Positions 24,001 through 34,516 of a DNA stretch of 64,000 nucleotides are shown piece after piece. The first letter of the stretch is position 1. Each line of letters opens with the position of its first letter. The notes under the pieces are model-generated. The model searched no databases, was not told where the DNA came from, and saw only the letters and a list, made by a program, of their open reading frames with translations. This DNA is from Squalus acanthias. Its lineage: Eukaryota. Location: the NCBI GenBank assembly GCA_030390025.1, contig CM059432.1, positions 63,924,001-63,988,000 on the forward strand, in the 5' to 3' direction. The translations under genes and the position numbers were made by a program.

Positions 24001-27000
24001 AGGGGTGAGCATCTCAGTGAGGGGGGATTAGAGGGGTGAGTGTCTCAGTGAGGGGGGATTAGTGGGGTGAGCATCTCAGTGAGGGGGGATTAGAGGGGTG
24101 AGCATCTCAGTGAGGGGGGATTAGAGGGGTGAGTGTCTCACTGAGGGGGGATTAGAGGGGTGAGCATCTCAGTGAGGGGGTATTTTAGGGGTGAGTGTCT
24201 CCGTGAGGGGGGATTAGAGGGGTGAGTGTCTCAGTGATGTGAATTAGAGGGGTGAGTGTCCCAGTGTAGGGGGATTAGAGGGGTGAGTGTTCCAGTGAAG
24301 GGGGATTAGAGGGGTGAGTGTCTCAGTGAGGGGGGATTAGAGGGGATGAGCGTCTCAGTGAGGGGGGATTAGAGGGGTGAGTGTCTCAGTGATGTGAATT
24401 AGAGGGGTGAGTGTCCCAGTGTAGGGGGATTAGAGGGGTGAGTGTTCCAGTGAAGGGGGATTAGAGGGGTGAGTGTCTCAGTGATTGGGATTAGAGGGGA
24501 TGACTAACTCAGTGAGGGGTGATTAGAGGGGTGAGTGTCTCCGTGAGGGGGGATTAGAGGGGATGAGCGTCTCAGTGAGGGGGGATTAGAGGGGTGAGTG
24601 TCTCAGTGATGTGAATTAGAGGGGTGAGTGTCCCAGTGTAGGGGGATTAGAGGGGTGAGTGTCTCAGTGAGGGCGATTAGAGGGGTAAGTGTCTCAGTGA
24701 GGGAGGATTAGAGGGGTGAGTGTCTCAGTGAGGGGGGATTAGAGGGGTGAGCATCTCAGTGAGGGTTGAGTAGAGGGGTGAGTGTCTCAGTGAGGGGGGA
24801 TTAGAGGGGTGAGTGTCTCAGTGAGGGGGGATTAGAGGGGTGAGTGTCTCAGTGAGGGGGGATTACAGGGGATGAGTGTCTCACTGAGGGGGGATTAGAG
24901 GGGTGAGCATCTCAGTGAGGGGGTATTTTAGGGGTAAGTGTCTCCGTGAGGGGGGATTAGAGGGGATGAGCGTCTCAGTGAGGGGGGATTAGAGGGGTGA
25001 GTGTCTCAGTGATGTGAATTAGAGGGGTGAGTGTCCCAGTGTAGGGGGATTAGAGGGGTGAGTGTTCCAGTGAAGGGGGATTAGAGGGGTGAGTGTCTCA
25101 GTGATTGGGATTAGAGGGGATGACTAACTCAGTGAGGGGGGATTAGAGGGGTGAGTGTCTCTGGGAAGGGGGATTAGAGGGGGTGAGTTTCTCAGTGAGG
25201 GGGATTAGAGGGGTGAGTGTCTCTGTGATGGAGATTAGAGGGGTGAGTGTCTCAGTGAGGGGGGATTAGAGGGGTGAGTGTCTCAGTGAGGGGGATTAGA
25301 GGGGCGAGTGTCTCAGTGAGGGGGGATTAGAGGGGTGAGTGTCTCAGTGAGGGGGGATTAGAGGTGTGAGTGTCACAGTGAGGGGGGATTAGAGTGGGTG
25401 AGTGTCTCAGTGAATGGGATTAGAGGGTTGAGTGTCCCAGTGAGAGGGGATTAGAGGGGTGAGTGTCTCAGTGAGGGGGGATTAGAGGGGTGAGCATCTC
25501 AGTGAGGGGGGATTAGAGGGGTGAGTGTCTCAGTGAGGGGGGATTAGAGGGGTGAGTGTCTCAGTGAGGGGGGATTAGAGGGGTGAGCATCTCAGTGAGG
25601 GGGGATTAGAGGGGTGAGTGTCTCAGTGAGGGGGGATTAGAGGGGTGAGTGTCTCAGTGAGGGGGGATTACAGGGGATGAGTGTCTCACTGAGGGGGGAT
25701 TAGAGGGGTGAGCATCTCAGTGAGGGGGTATTTTAGGGGTGAGTGTCTCCGTGAGGGGGGATTAGAGGGGTGAGTGTCTCAGTGATGTGAATTAGAGGGG
25801 TGAGTGTCCCAGTGTAGGGGGATTAGAGGGGTGAGTGTCTCAGTGAGGGCGATTAGAGGGGTAAGTGTCTCAGTGAGGGAGGATTAGAGGGGTGAGTGTC
25901 TCAGTGAGGGGGGATTAGAGGGGATGAGTGTCTCAGTGAGGGGGGATTAGAGGGGTGAGCATCTCAGTGAGGGTTGAGTAGAGGGGTGTGTGTCTCAGTG
26001 AGGGGGGATTAGAGGGGTGAGTGTCTCAGTGAGGGGGGATTACAGGGGGTGAGTGTCTCCGTGAGGGGGGATTAGAGGGGATGAGCGTCTCAGTGAGGGG
26101 GGATTAGAGGGGTGAGTGTCTCAGTGATGTGAATTAGAGGGGTGAGTGTCCCAGTGTAGGGGGATTAGAGGGGTGAGTGTTCCAGTGAAGGGGGATTAGA
26201 GGGGTGAGTGTCTCAGTGATTGGGATTAGAGGGGATGACTAACTCAGTGAGGGGGGATTAGAGGGGTGAGTGTCTCTGTGAAGGGGTATTAGAGGGGGTG
26301 AGTGTCTCAGTGAGGGGCTATTAGAGGGGTGAGTGTCTCTGGGAAGGGGGATTAGAGGGGGTGAGTTTCTCAGTGAGGGGGGATTAGAGGGGTGAGTGTC
26401 TCTGTGATGGAGATTAGAGGGGTGAGTGTCTCAGTGAGGGGGGATTAGAGGGGTGAGTGTCTCAGTGAGGGGGATTAGAGGGGCGAGTGTCTCAGTGAGG
26501 GGGGATTAGAGGGGTGAGTGTCTCAGTGAATGGGATTAGAGGGTTGAGTGTCCCAGTGAGAGGGGATTAGAGGGGTGAGTGTCTCAGTGAGGGGGATTAG
26601 AGGGGTGAGTGTCTCAGTGAGGGGGATTAGAGGGGATGAGTGTTTCAGTTAGGGGGGATTAGAGGGGTGAGTGTCTCAGTGAGGGGGGATTAGAGGGGTG
26701 AGCATCTCAGTGAGGGGGGATTAGAGGGGTGAGTGTCTCAGTGATGGGGATTAGAGGGGTGAGTGTCTCAGTGAGGGGAGATTGGAGGGGTGAGTCTCTC
26801 AGTGAGGGGGTTTAGAGGGGTGAGTGTCTCAGTGAGGGGGGATTAGAGGGGTGAGGGTCTCAGTGAGGGGGGATTAAACGGGTGATTGTCTCAGTGAGGG
26901 AGGATTAGAGGGGTGAGTCTCTCAGTGAGGGGGTTTAGATGGGTGAGTGTCTCAGTGAGGGGAGATTAGAGGGGTGAGTGTCTCAGTGAGGGGGGATTAG

Positions 27001-27789
27001 AGGGGTGAGTATTTCAGTGAGGGGGGATTAGAGGGGTGAGTGTCTCAGTGAGGGGGGATTAGAGGGGTGAGTGTCTCAGTGAGGGGGGATTAGAGGGGTG
27101 AGGGTCTCAGTGAGGGGGATTAGAGGGGATGAGTGTCTCAGTGAGGGGGGATTAGAGAGGTGAGTGTCTCAGTGAGGGGGCATTAGAGGGGTGAGTGTCT
27201 CAGTGAGGGGGGATTAGAGGGGTGAGTGTCTCAGTGAGGGGAGATTAGAGGGCTGAGTCTCTCAGTGAGGGGGTTTAGAGGGGTGAGTTTCTCAGTGAGG
27301 GTGGATTAGAGGGGTGAGTTTCTCAGTGAGGGGGGATTAGAGGGGTGAGTTTCTCAGTGAGGGTGGATTAGAGGGGGTGAGTGTCTCAGTGAGGGGGATT
27401 AGAGGGGTGAGTGTCTCAGTGAGGGGGGATTAGAGTGGTGAGTGTCACAGTGAGGGGGGATTAGAGGGGTGAGTGTCTCAGTGAGGGGGGATTTGAGGGG
27501 TGAGTGTCTCAGTGAGGGGGGATTAGATTGGTGTGTGTCTCAGTGAGGGTCGCTTAGAGGGGTGAGTGTCTCAGTGAGGGGGATTAGAGGGGTGAGTGTC
27601 TCAGTGAGGGGGTTTAGAGGGTGAGTGTCTCAGTGAGGGGGGATTAGAGGGGTGAGTGTCTCAGTGAGGGGGGATTAGAGGGGTGAGTGTCTCAGTGAGG
27701 GGGGATTAGAGGGGTGAGTGTCTCAGTGAGGGGGGATTAGAGGGGTGAGTGTCTCAGTGAGGGTGATTAGAGGGGATGAGATTGTCAGT
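1..27789. repeat. G-rich tandem satellite, 31-bp unit (consensus GAGTGTCTCAGTGAGGGGGGATTAGAGGGGT), about 900 copies, open at the left edge of the window
   Basis: Period is directly visible (ATTAG at 13686 and 13717). Units vary mainly in G-run length and point substitutions. The array ends abruptly near 27789. Confidence 0.99.
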
Positions 27790-28729
27790 AGAATAAAAGC
27801 AGGGTTTGATACATATATTGCCTCAATATAATTGGGAGAATTCAAAAATTCAAAGCAATGCATCATTTGTACGCTTAGAATCCAGTATATTCTTTTTAGC
27901 CCTTCATCTATCTGGAAATACTAGTGGCCACAGCGTGGGCACAGCATTTGGAAAATGTATGTTCAATTTTGCCTATTCCCCTTGGTGCTTGACTACAGCA
28001 TTCCAAGGAAAAGCAGTTCTTAAAGTAGGGCACCAAACCTTCTGAGCTAGCCCCCTTCATGTTATTCATGGGGTTTGCACAGTCAGTATTTGGTCTGGTG
28101 TCCACTCTGTTCGCATCTGTGTTTCAAAATCAGCTTAGAGCCCAGTCCCAGCTATTCCCTCTGAAACTCGCAAGTTGATCATTCTCCAGAGCTACCCTGT
28201 CACCCATTGAGAGTAAGGGGGAGGAATTCGATACCTTAGCACCTCCCATTAGCACCAGCAAATGGCGCTAATGGGCCGCTAAAGCATTATCGCCAGGGCG
28301 AGGCGATTCCAACGCTATTGTCCAAATCCCGACCCTCCCCCCCCACCCCGCAGCGCCGCCGCTAACAGTTATCGCCGGGCGCCTCAATGCCAGATGGATT
28401 GTGACGTCAGTGAGTGTGCAACGCTCACTGACCACACGATCTGCGAAATTGATTATCACCACCTACCTTAGCGCCTGGAGTAAACAGCGACAGGGAGAGC
28501 TGGGGTGAAGCAGCAGGAAGCCGGTTCCAGGGATGTTTTTTAAAGGGATCATCAGTAATGAGTCGCAGCTGCAGGTTAGTGAGATTTCTGTGCTTTCTTG
28601 TCAGTTTCACATAGTCCAACAATCTCATTCCGTAATTTCAAGGTTATTTAGTATCAGGAGTGTTATGGCAACTAAAAAGTAGCAACATTTATTCTTTAAA
28701 AAATCAAACTGCTACACTTGGTTATATTA

Positions 28730-29649
28730 ATGGGGGCTGTACTGACAGTCGATCTCGCCCTCCAGGATCTATGGCGGAGGTAGTGCAGGCAGCGAGAAAG
28801 ACTGGACCATGTGCCCAGTGGGAGGAGGAGGGCCATCAGGGCTCTCAATAGGAGGCCTTACCCTCCAAGGGTATTACGAGAGTACTTCTCCTACCTCCAA
28901 TTAAGCGAGGAGCAGTGTATTTGAAGGCTCTGCTTCACCAAGGAGGTGGTCACAGAACTCTGCCACCTCCTGCAACCAGACCTCCAGCCTCAGATCAGGG
29001 CGAGCACGGCTCTCTCAGAGGCAGTCAAGGTCACCGTCGCCTTCAATTTCTTCGCGAGTGGATCCTTCCAGTCTGCAACAGGAGACATAGCTAACATCTC
29101 ACAGTTCGCCATCCATCGCTGCATCCTGGAGGTCACAGAGGCTCTCTGCAGTAGGAGAACGGATTACATTTCCTTCCCCATCACCAAAGAGAAGCAGGAC
29201 GAGCGTGCATGTGGCTTTGCCAGGATAGCGGGATTCCCCATGGTGCAGGGCGCCATTGACTGCACCCATGTGGCTTTGCGGGCACCGCATATCAATCCTG
29301 AGATCTTCCATAACTGCAAACACTACCACTCACTTAATGTGCAGTTGGTGCGACCATAGACAGCGAATCCTCAATGTCTGCTATCCTGGAAGCAGCTGCG
29401 ATGCCTTCATCCAGCGCCAGACCGGTGTGACAACCCTCTTCCAGCCAGCCCTTCCAGCCAGCCCTCTTCCAGCCACCACGTCAAGCTCGTGGCTAACTGG
29501 TCAGAGACAAGGACTATCCGCACTCCACCTGGCTCATGACACCCTTCCGCAACCCCAACACTCCTGCCCAGCACTCATATAATGAGAGCAATGCTGCCAC
29601 CAAGATCATCATCGAGCAGACCATTGGCCTGCTGAAGCAATGGTTCTGC
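28730..29649 (+). pseudogene. Harbinger (HARBI1-like DDE) transposase, N-terminal and central part, with stops and frameshifts
   Basis: ATG 28730 is in frame with ORF 28946. Motifs: RRPYPPRV, FFASGSFQSATGD, GFPMVQGAIDCTHV, YHSLNVQLV, YPGSSCDAFI, DKDY..STWLMTPFRNP, IIEQTIGLLKQWF. In-frame stops near 28781 and 28922; frameshifts near 29350 and 29500. Confidence 0.95.
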
Positions 29650-29891
29650 ATCCTTTCAAAATTCTATAGACTCTGAAACAGTTCCCATGGATTGGAGGGT
29701 AGCTAATCACAGAATCACAGAATCCCCACAGTGCAGATAGAGGCCATTTCGGCCCATCGAGCCTGCACCGACACATATCCCACCCTATCCCCGTAACCCC
29801 ACGTATTTAATCTCCCTAACACTAAGGGTCAATTTATTATAGCCAAATCAACCTAACCCGCACATCTTTGGACTGTGGGAGGAAACCGGAG

Positions 29892-32493
29892 TGTAAGGGG
29901 TTCTGGTTCGTAGGTGCTTGTGCGGGGTTAGGCCTTCGTCGCCTAGTCCTATTGCTTGCTCTGGTCTCCGGCCAGCCTTGTTGCACGAAACACCTGTGAG
30001 TGGTTCGACCCACTCGCCCTTACGGTTCTGACACTGGACTTAGGTGCGAGAGCAGTAATGCAGAGAAAACTCAGATAGACTCGGTTGAATAGTACGAAAT
30101 GGAAATCTTTATTGCATATTGTCCAAAGTCATGAAGTACATGTCATAGGCACAAATTAATGACAGTACAAGTATACATACATTCATAAAACTGGGTCTAG
30201 GGTAATGAGGAACGCACGGCACATCGTAAAAAGGGGAACACATTATATTTATCCTTAATAATAACCACCCTCCCCTATCAATACCTACACTAATCTGGAT
30301 CTGTAGGATCGAGAAACATGCTCACCACTCGTGATACTTCGGAGAATTTTAAAGTGAGGCGCTCAGCTCGTGTCGCTGCAGTGCCTGACTGTCACGTGTT
30401 GAAAAGGGTCTCTGTACCCTACTTGTTTATCTGCTCTGCTCCGGCTAGCAGGCTGGATCGTCTGTTGTCATGAAGAACTGTGTAGAACTCGGACACTTGG
30501 TAAAATTCGAAGAAGAGTCTTCCTGTGCCGACACCGGTTGTCGGTAAAACTCAAAGAAGAGTCTTCCTGTGCCAGTTCGTATAGTATTCGATAAAACTCG
30601 AAGAATGAGTTTTATATTTTCGGGCGCGGTCGGGGTTTACTGACCGCGGCGGCACGTGTAGTCTTCTTCTTCTCTTCTCATCTCGTCTCGTCTCGTCTCT
30701 TCTGGCCTTCGGGTCCAGACACCGTTTACCGACCCTCGGGATGGTGCACCCGATCACTTGCCTTTGTTGAGGCGGCTCGTTCCGTTTGAGCTCCACCCAA
30801 CATTCGAAGTCCAGCTCTCAAAAGAGCTTCAGCAGTCCGCAGCAAGCCACGAGGTCGATTCCAAGTGGATCAGCGGAATAAAAGCCCGGAGAATAAGAGC
30901 TCGATGAACAGCAAGAGACAAAGGGGTAAAAATTCAGTTGGTTGCGCCTCCCGTTAGCGCCTTAAGAGGGCGCTAATGGGGCGCAAAGCCGCTAACGCCC
31001 GGGCGCAGCGATGTTTGCGCCGCTCGAGAACTTAACTTGAGATTGTGCGGCGGCACTAAAACTTACCGCTGCGACCACCTGCGCGCGCAGATTGTGACGT
31101 CATTCCATGGTGCAACGCCCTTGTGGCGCCCCGGAGCGGAAATTGAGTGGCGCCCCCTGCCTTACCGCCTGGCGCTTCCAACGACCGGAAGACTGGAACG
31201 CTATCAATCGCTGTGGGGCTGGGGGGGGGCACTATTTAAAGGGGGCCTCTTCCTGTCTTTTATTGTTGGTGGCATTTTTGAACTACGCATTCTGAGAGAG
31301 AGAGGGAGAGACTTCTGGAGAGATTCAACGTTGTGTGAAGGAGTTTTGGGTACTGAGCAGCACTTTGCAGGTTCATTTTGATTTGCCATTCCTTGTATCG
31401 ATTTAGCAGAGACTGTGGGAGCTGCACTCTGAGCTCTTTGCCTGGTACTCTCCATTGTTCTTTCCAGCACATTTGATGTGCAAGTCTCTCCAGGCCGAGA
31501 TTCAAGGCTGCAATGAACAGAATGTGGATGGAAAGCAAGATTAACCATCCCCTTTAAGAACTGGCCCGTGCCATTGTGTGTGTGTTCCATTGCTGACTGA
31601 CATTACATGAGCTTCGCCAGCGCTCTGAGGTAGCGCCTCACTCCTTGGCCTTTGCGCCTTAAGACAGGTGTGCAGCGCCTGCTTTAGCACTCCACTCACC
31701 TCCCGGGGTGGTAAAAGTGAAGTTTCCAGTCAGTGCCGATAATTAGCGCCAGGCGCTAATATTTGCGTCCAGACGATATTTGCGCCCCAAATGGGGCGCG
31801 ACCTAATTTCTACCCCTAAGAGTTCAGCCCGAGTCAATAGTCAGCAGAGATAAGAGACCGATGGACGTTTGCTGTCTATAGTTATAGTGCTCGGTTCCCT
31901 TATCTCCGGCCCAAATCTTAATGTTCATCTTTTGTAAAATCTTGGCGCTCAAAATTCCCAGTATAGGGTGATTCTGTCTGTAATGGGTTTCGGTGACACT
32001 TGTAACTGGCCAAATACCCGTTAATGTTTCTCCCATTGTGGAACCGGCTAGGAGCCTCCCTGGCGGGGTTTTGGGGGCCTCCGAATACTTGTGTAAGCAC
32101 CCGAGAATGGCTCTCTCATTGTAGAGCCGTGGGGAACTTGCGTATTGATGTATTTGGATGGGCCTTCGATTGCCCAGTACAATAGTCCTTACTTGTACAT
32201 GGAAAACGATTCCAGCACTTGTATCTCTTGCTATTGTGTCGAATGCAGACAGGTTGCATCCTGTCTTTATCAGTGTTTGCTGAGTATTATCCAATCTTAT
32301 ACTGAAATGTTTATTCGAACGCCATCTTGTCTGCCCACTGAAAATTCTGGAAACTTCTGCCACGAGGCGCGGCGGCCATTTTACAGGCTTCTTGTGTCCG
32401 TTTTAATCATGACAGCATTTCGTTTAAATAAACTGCTTAAACGAATCTGTATCTCTCTCGTTATTTCGAATCGTGATATTTGCGAACTTTACA
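29892..32493 (-). mobile_element. Long solo LTR (about 1.7 kb after removing an internal MITE); ERV or Gypsy family unassigned
   Basis: TGTAA...TTACA termini with exact 4-bp TSD GGAG (29888-29891 and 32494-32497). On the minus strand: AATAAA (30113-30108), TATAAAA (30616-30610) and a YY1-like CAAGATGGCG near 32320-32329. Confidence 0.8.
30923..31816. mobile_element. Non-autonomous Harbinger-type MITE (894 bp) inside the LTR
   Basis: TIRs GGGGTAAAAATT / AATTTCTACCCC. Flanks AAA and TAA (3-bp TSD with one mismatch). Subterminal sequence resembles the outer Harbinger left end. Confidence 0.88.
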
Positions 32494-32630
32494 GGAGCAC
32501 CCGGAGGAAACCCACGCAGACATGGGGAGAATGTACAAACTCCACACAGACAGTCACCCAAGGCCGGATTCGAACCCAGTCCCTGGCGCTGTGAGGCAAC
32601 AGTGCTAACCACTATACCACCGTGTTGCCC

Positions 32631-33979
32631 CACTATTTAAAAAAGGTGGTAGAGAAAAAACGGGGAATTATAGACCGGTAAGCCTGACATCGGTAGTGGG
32701 CAAAATGCTAGAATCCATTATAAAAGATGTAATAGCAGAGCACTTGGAAAACAGTGACAGGATCGGACAAAGTCAACATGGATTTACAAAAGGTAAATCA
32801 TGCTTGACTAATCTACTGGAATTTTTTGAGGATGTAACTGGTAGAATAGATAAGGGAGAACCAGTGGATGTGGTGTATTTGGACTTTCAGAAGGCTTTCG
32901 ATAAGGTCCCGCATAAGAGATTAGCGTGCAAAGTTAAAGCACATGGGATTGGGGGTAAGGTACTGATTTGGATAGAGAACTGGTTGGCAGACAGGAAGCA
33001 AAGAGTTGGAATAAACGGGTTTTTTTCTCAGTGGCAGGCAGTGACTAGTGGGGTACCGCAGGGATCGGTGCTAGGACCCCAGCTATTCACAATATATATT
33101 AATGATCTAGACGAGGGAACTAGATGTAATATCTCTAAGTTTGCAGACGACACAAAGCTGGGTGGGCATGTGTGATGTGAGGAGGATGCAGAGAAACTCC
33201 AGTATGATTTGGACAGGTTGGGTGATTGGGCAGATGCATGGCAGATGCAGTATAATGTGGATAAATGCGAGGTTATCCACTTTGGTGGCAAAAACAGGAA
33301 GACAGATTATTATCTGAATGGCAATAGATTGGGAAAAGGGGAATTGCAACGAGACCTGGGTGTCCTTGTGCACCAGTCGCTGAAGGTAAGCACGCAGGTC
33401 CAGCAGGCGGTTAAGAAGACAAATGGTATGTTGGCCTTCATAGCGAATGGATTCGAGTACAGGAGCAAGGATGTCTTGCTGCAGTTGTACAAGGCCTTGG
33501 TGAGACCACACCTTGAGTATTGTGTGCAGTTTTGGTCGCCTTATCTGAAGAAGGATGTTCTTGCCATAGAGGGAGTGCAGTGAAGATTTACCAGACTGAT
33601 ACCTGGGATGGCAGGAATGACGTATGAAGAGAGATTGGGTCGATTATGCTTATATTCGCTAGAGTTTAGAAGAATGAGAGGGGATCTCATTGAAACTTAT
33701 AAAATTCTAACAGGACTAGACAGACTAGATGCAGGAAGGATGTTCCCGTTGGCGGGGGAGTCCAGAACCAGAGGTCACAGTCTAAGGATAAGGGGTAAGC
33801 CATTTAGGACTGAGATGAGGAGGAATTTCTTCACCCAGAGAGTGGTGAACCTGTGGAATTCTCTACCACACAAGGCAGTAGAGGCCAATTCATTAAATAT
33901 ATTCAAGAAGGAGATAGATATATTTCTTAAGGCTAAAGGGATCAAGGGATATGGGGAGAAAGCAGGGACAGGGTACTGA
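32631..33979 (+). pseudogene. CR1 ORF2 reverse transcriptase and C-terminal region, single frame with two premature stops
   Basis: ORFs 32696, 33209 and 33608 share one frame. Motifs [58 protein letters not shown]. Stops at 33173 and 33581. Confidence 0.96.
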
Positions 33980-34069
33980 ATTTGGATGATCAGCCATGAT
34001 CTCATTAAATGGTGGAGCAGGCTCGAGGGGCCGAATGGCCTACTCCTGCTCCTATCTTCTATGCTACTA

Positions 34070-34351
34070 TTCCTTGACCACTCGGGAGGAGCACTCCAGT
34101 ACTCGGTTAAGCGAGTCTCCCATTTCGTGGTGGTCTGCTGCGTGCTCCATAAATTGGCCATCATGAGGGCCCAGCACTTGCCACCTGGGATGGCGTTACC
34201 ACCTCTGTAGGAGGAAGAGGGAGAGGAGGAAGAGGAGGAGGAGGAGGACGAGGATGAGGAGGAGGAACAGGAGCGAGGGAGGAGGCAGCCACTCCATCGG
34301 CCTTTCGGAAGGGCGGTCCGTGACTGCCTCATCAGACTGTGGTTCCAATGG
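34070..34351 (+). pseudogene. Harbinger transposase C-terminal part, resuming after the nested insertion
   Basis: LDHSGGALQYSVKRVSHFVVVCCVLHKLAI continues LLKQWFC from 29649, followed by an acidic tract and AVRDCLIRLWFQ. Stop at 34208-34210. Confidence 0.93.
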
Positions 34352-34516
34352 ATTAAACCCCAGATCCCCGTTGCTCACCACATCCTTATCATTCCATTCC
34401 TGTCACAGGCCATACCACAGCGCAAATCTGAAATGAGACACACCACAAAAGAATCCAAACTGAATTAATAAATTCATCAAAAATCGGTGAACACATATTT
34501 ACAACAAAAATATTTA

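Larger units (their letters stand above)
29708..32630 (-). mobile_element. tRNA-derived SINE with CR1-like tail (resembles shark HE1-type SINEs), split by an LTR: tail 29708-29891, head 32494-32630
   Basis: Minus-strand head GGGCAACACGGTGGTATAGTGGTTAGC with A box and B box GGTTCGAATCC. Tail ends in (ATTCTGTG)n. The halves join as GGAAACCGGAG/CACCCGGAGGAAACC. Confidence 0.92.
29650..34069 (+). mobile_element. 5'-truncated CR1-clade LINE inserted in the transposase; itself interrupted at 29708-32630
   Basis: 29650-29707 encodes FQNSIDSETVPMDWRVAN, which continues after the SINE as [28 protein letters not shown]. The 3' UTR ends in CCTACTCCTGCTCCTATCTTCTATG. Confidence 0.95.

Noticed and set aside
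1..27789. CRISPR array or true telomere
   Set aside because: No unique spacers and the context is vertebrate; the unit is 31 bp, not TTAGGG.
32560..32630. tRNA gene
   Set aside because: A and B boxes are present but continue directly into a SINE body and tail.
28730..34351. Domesticated host gene HARBI1
   Set aside because: Stops, frameshifts, a large nested insertion, TIR-like ends and a linked Myb/SANT gene indicate a dead transposon copy.
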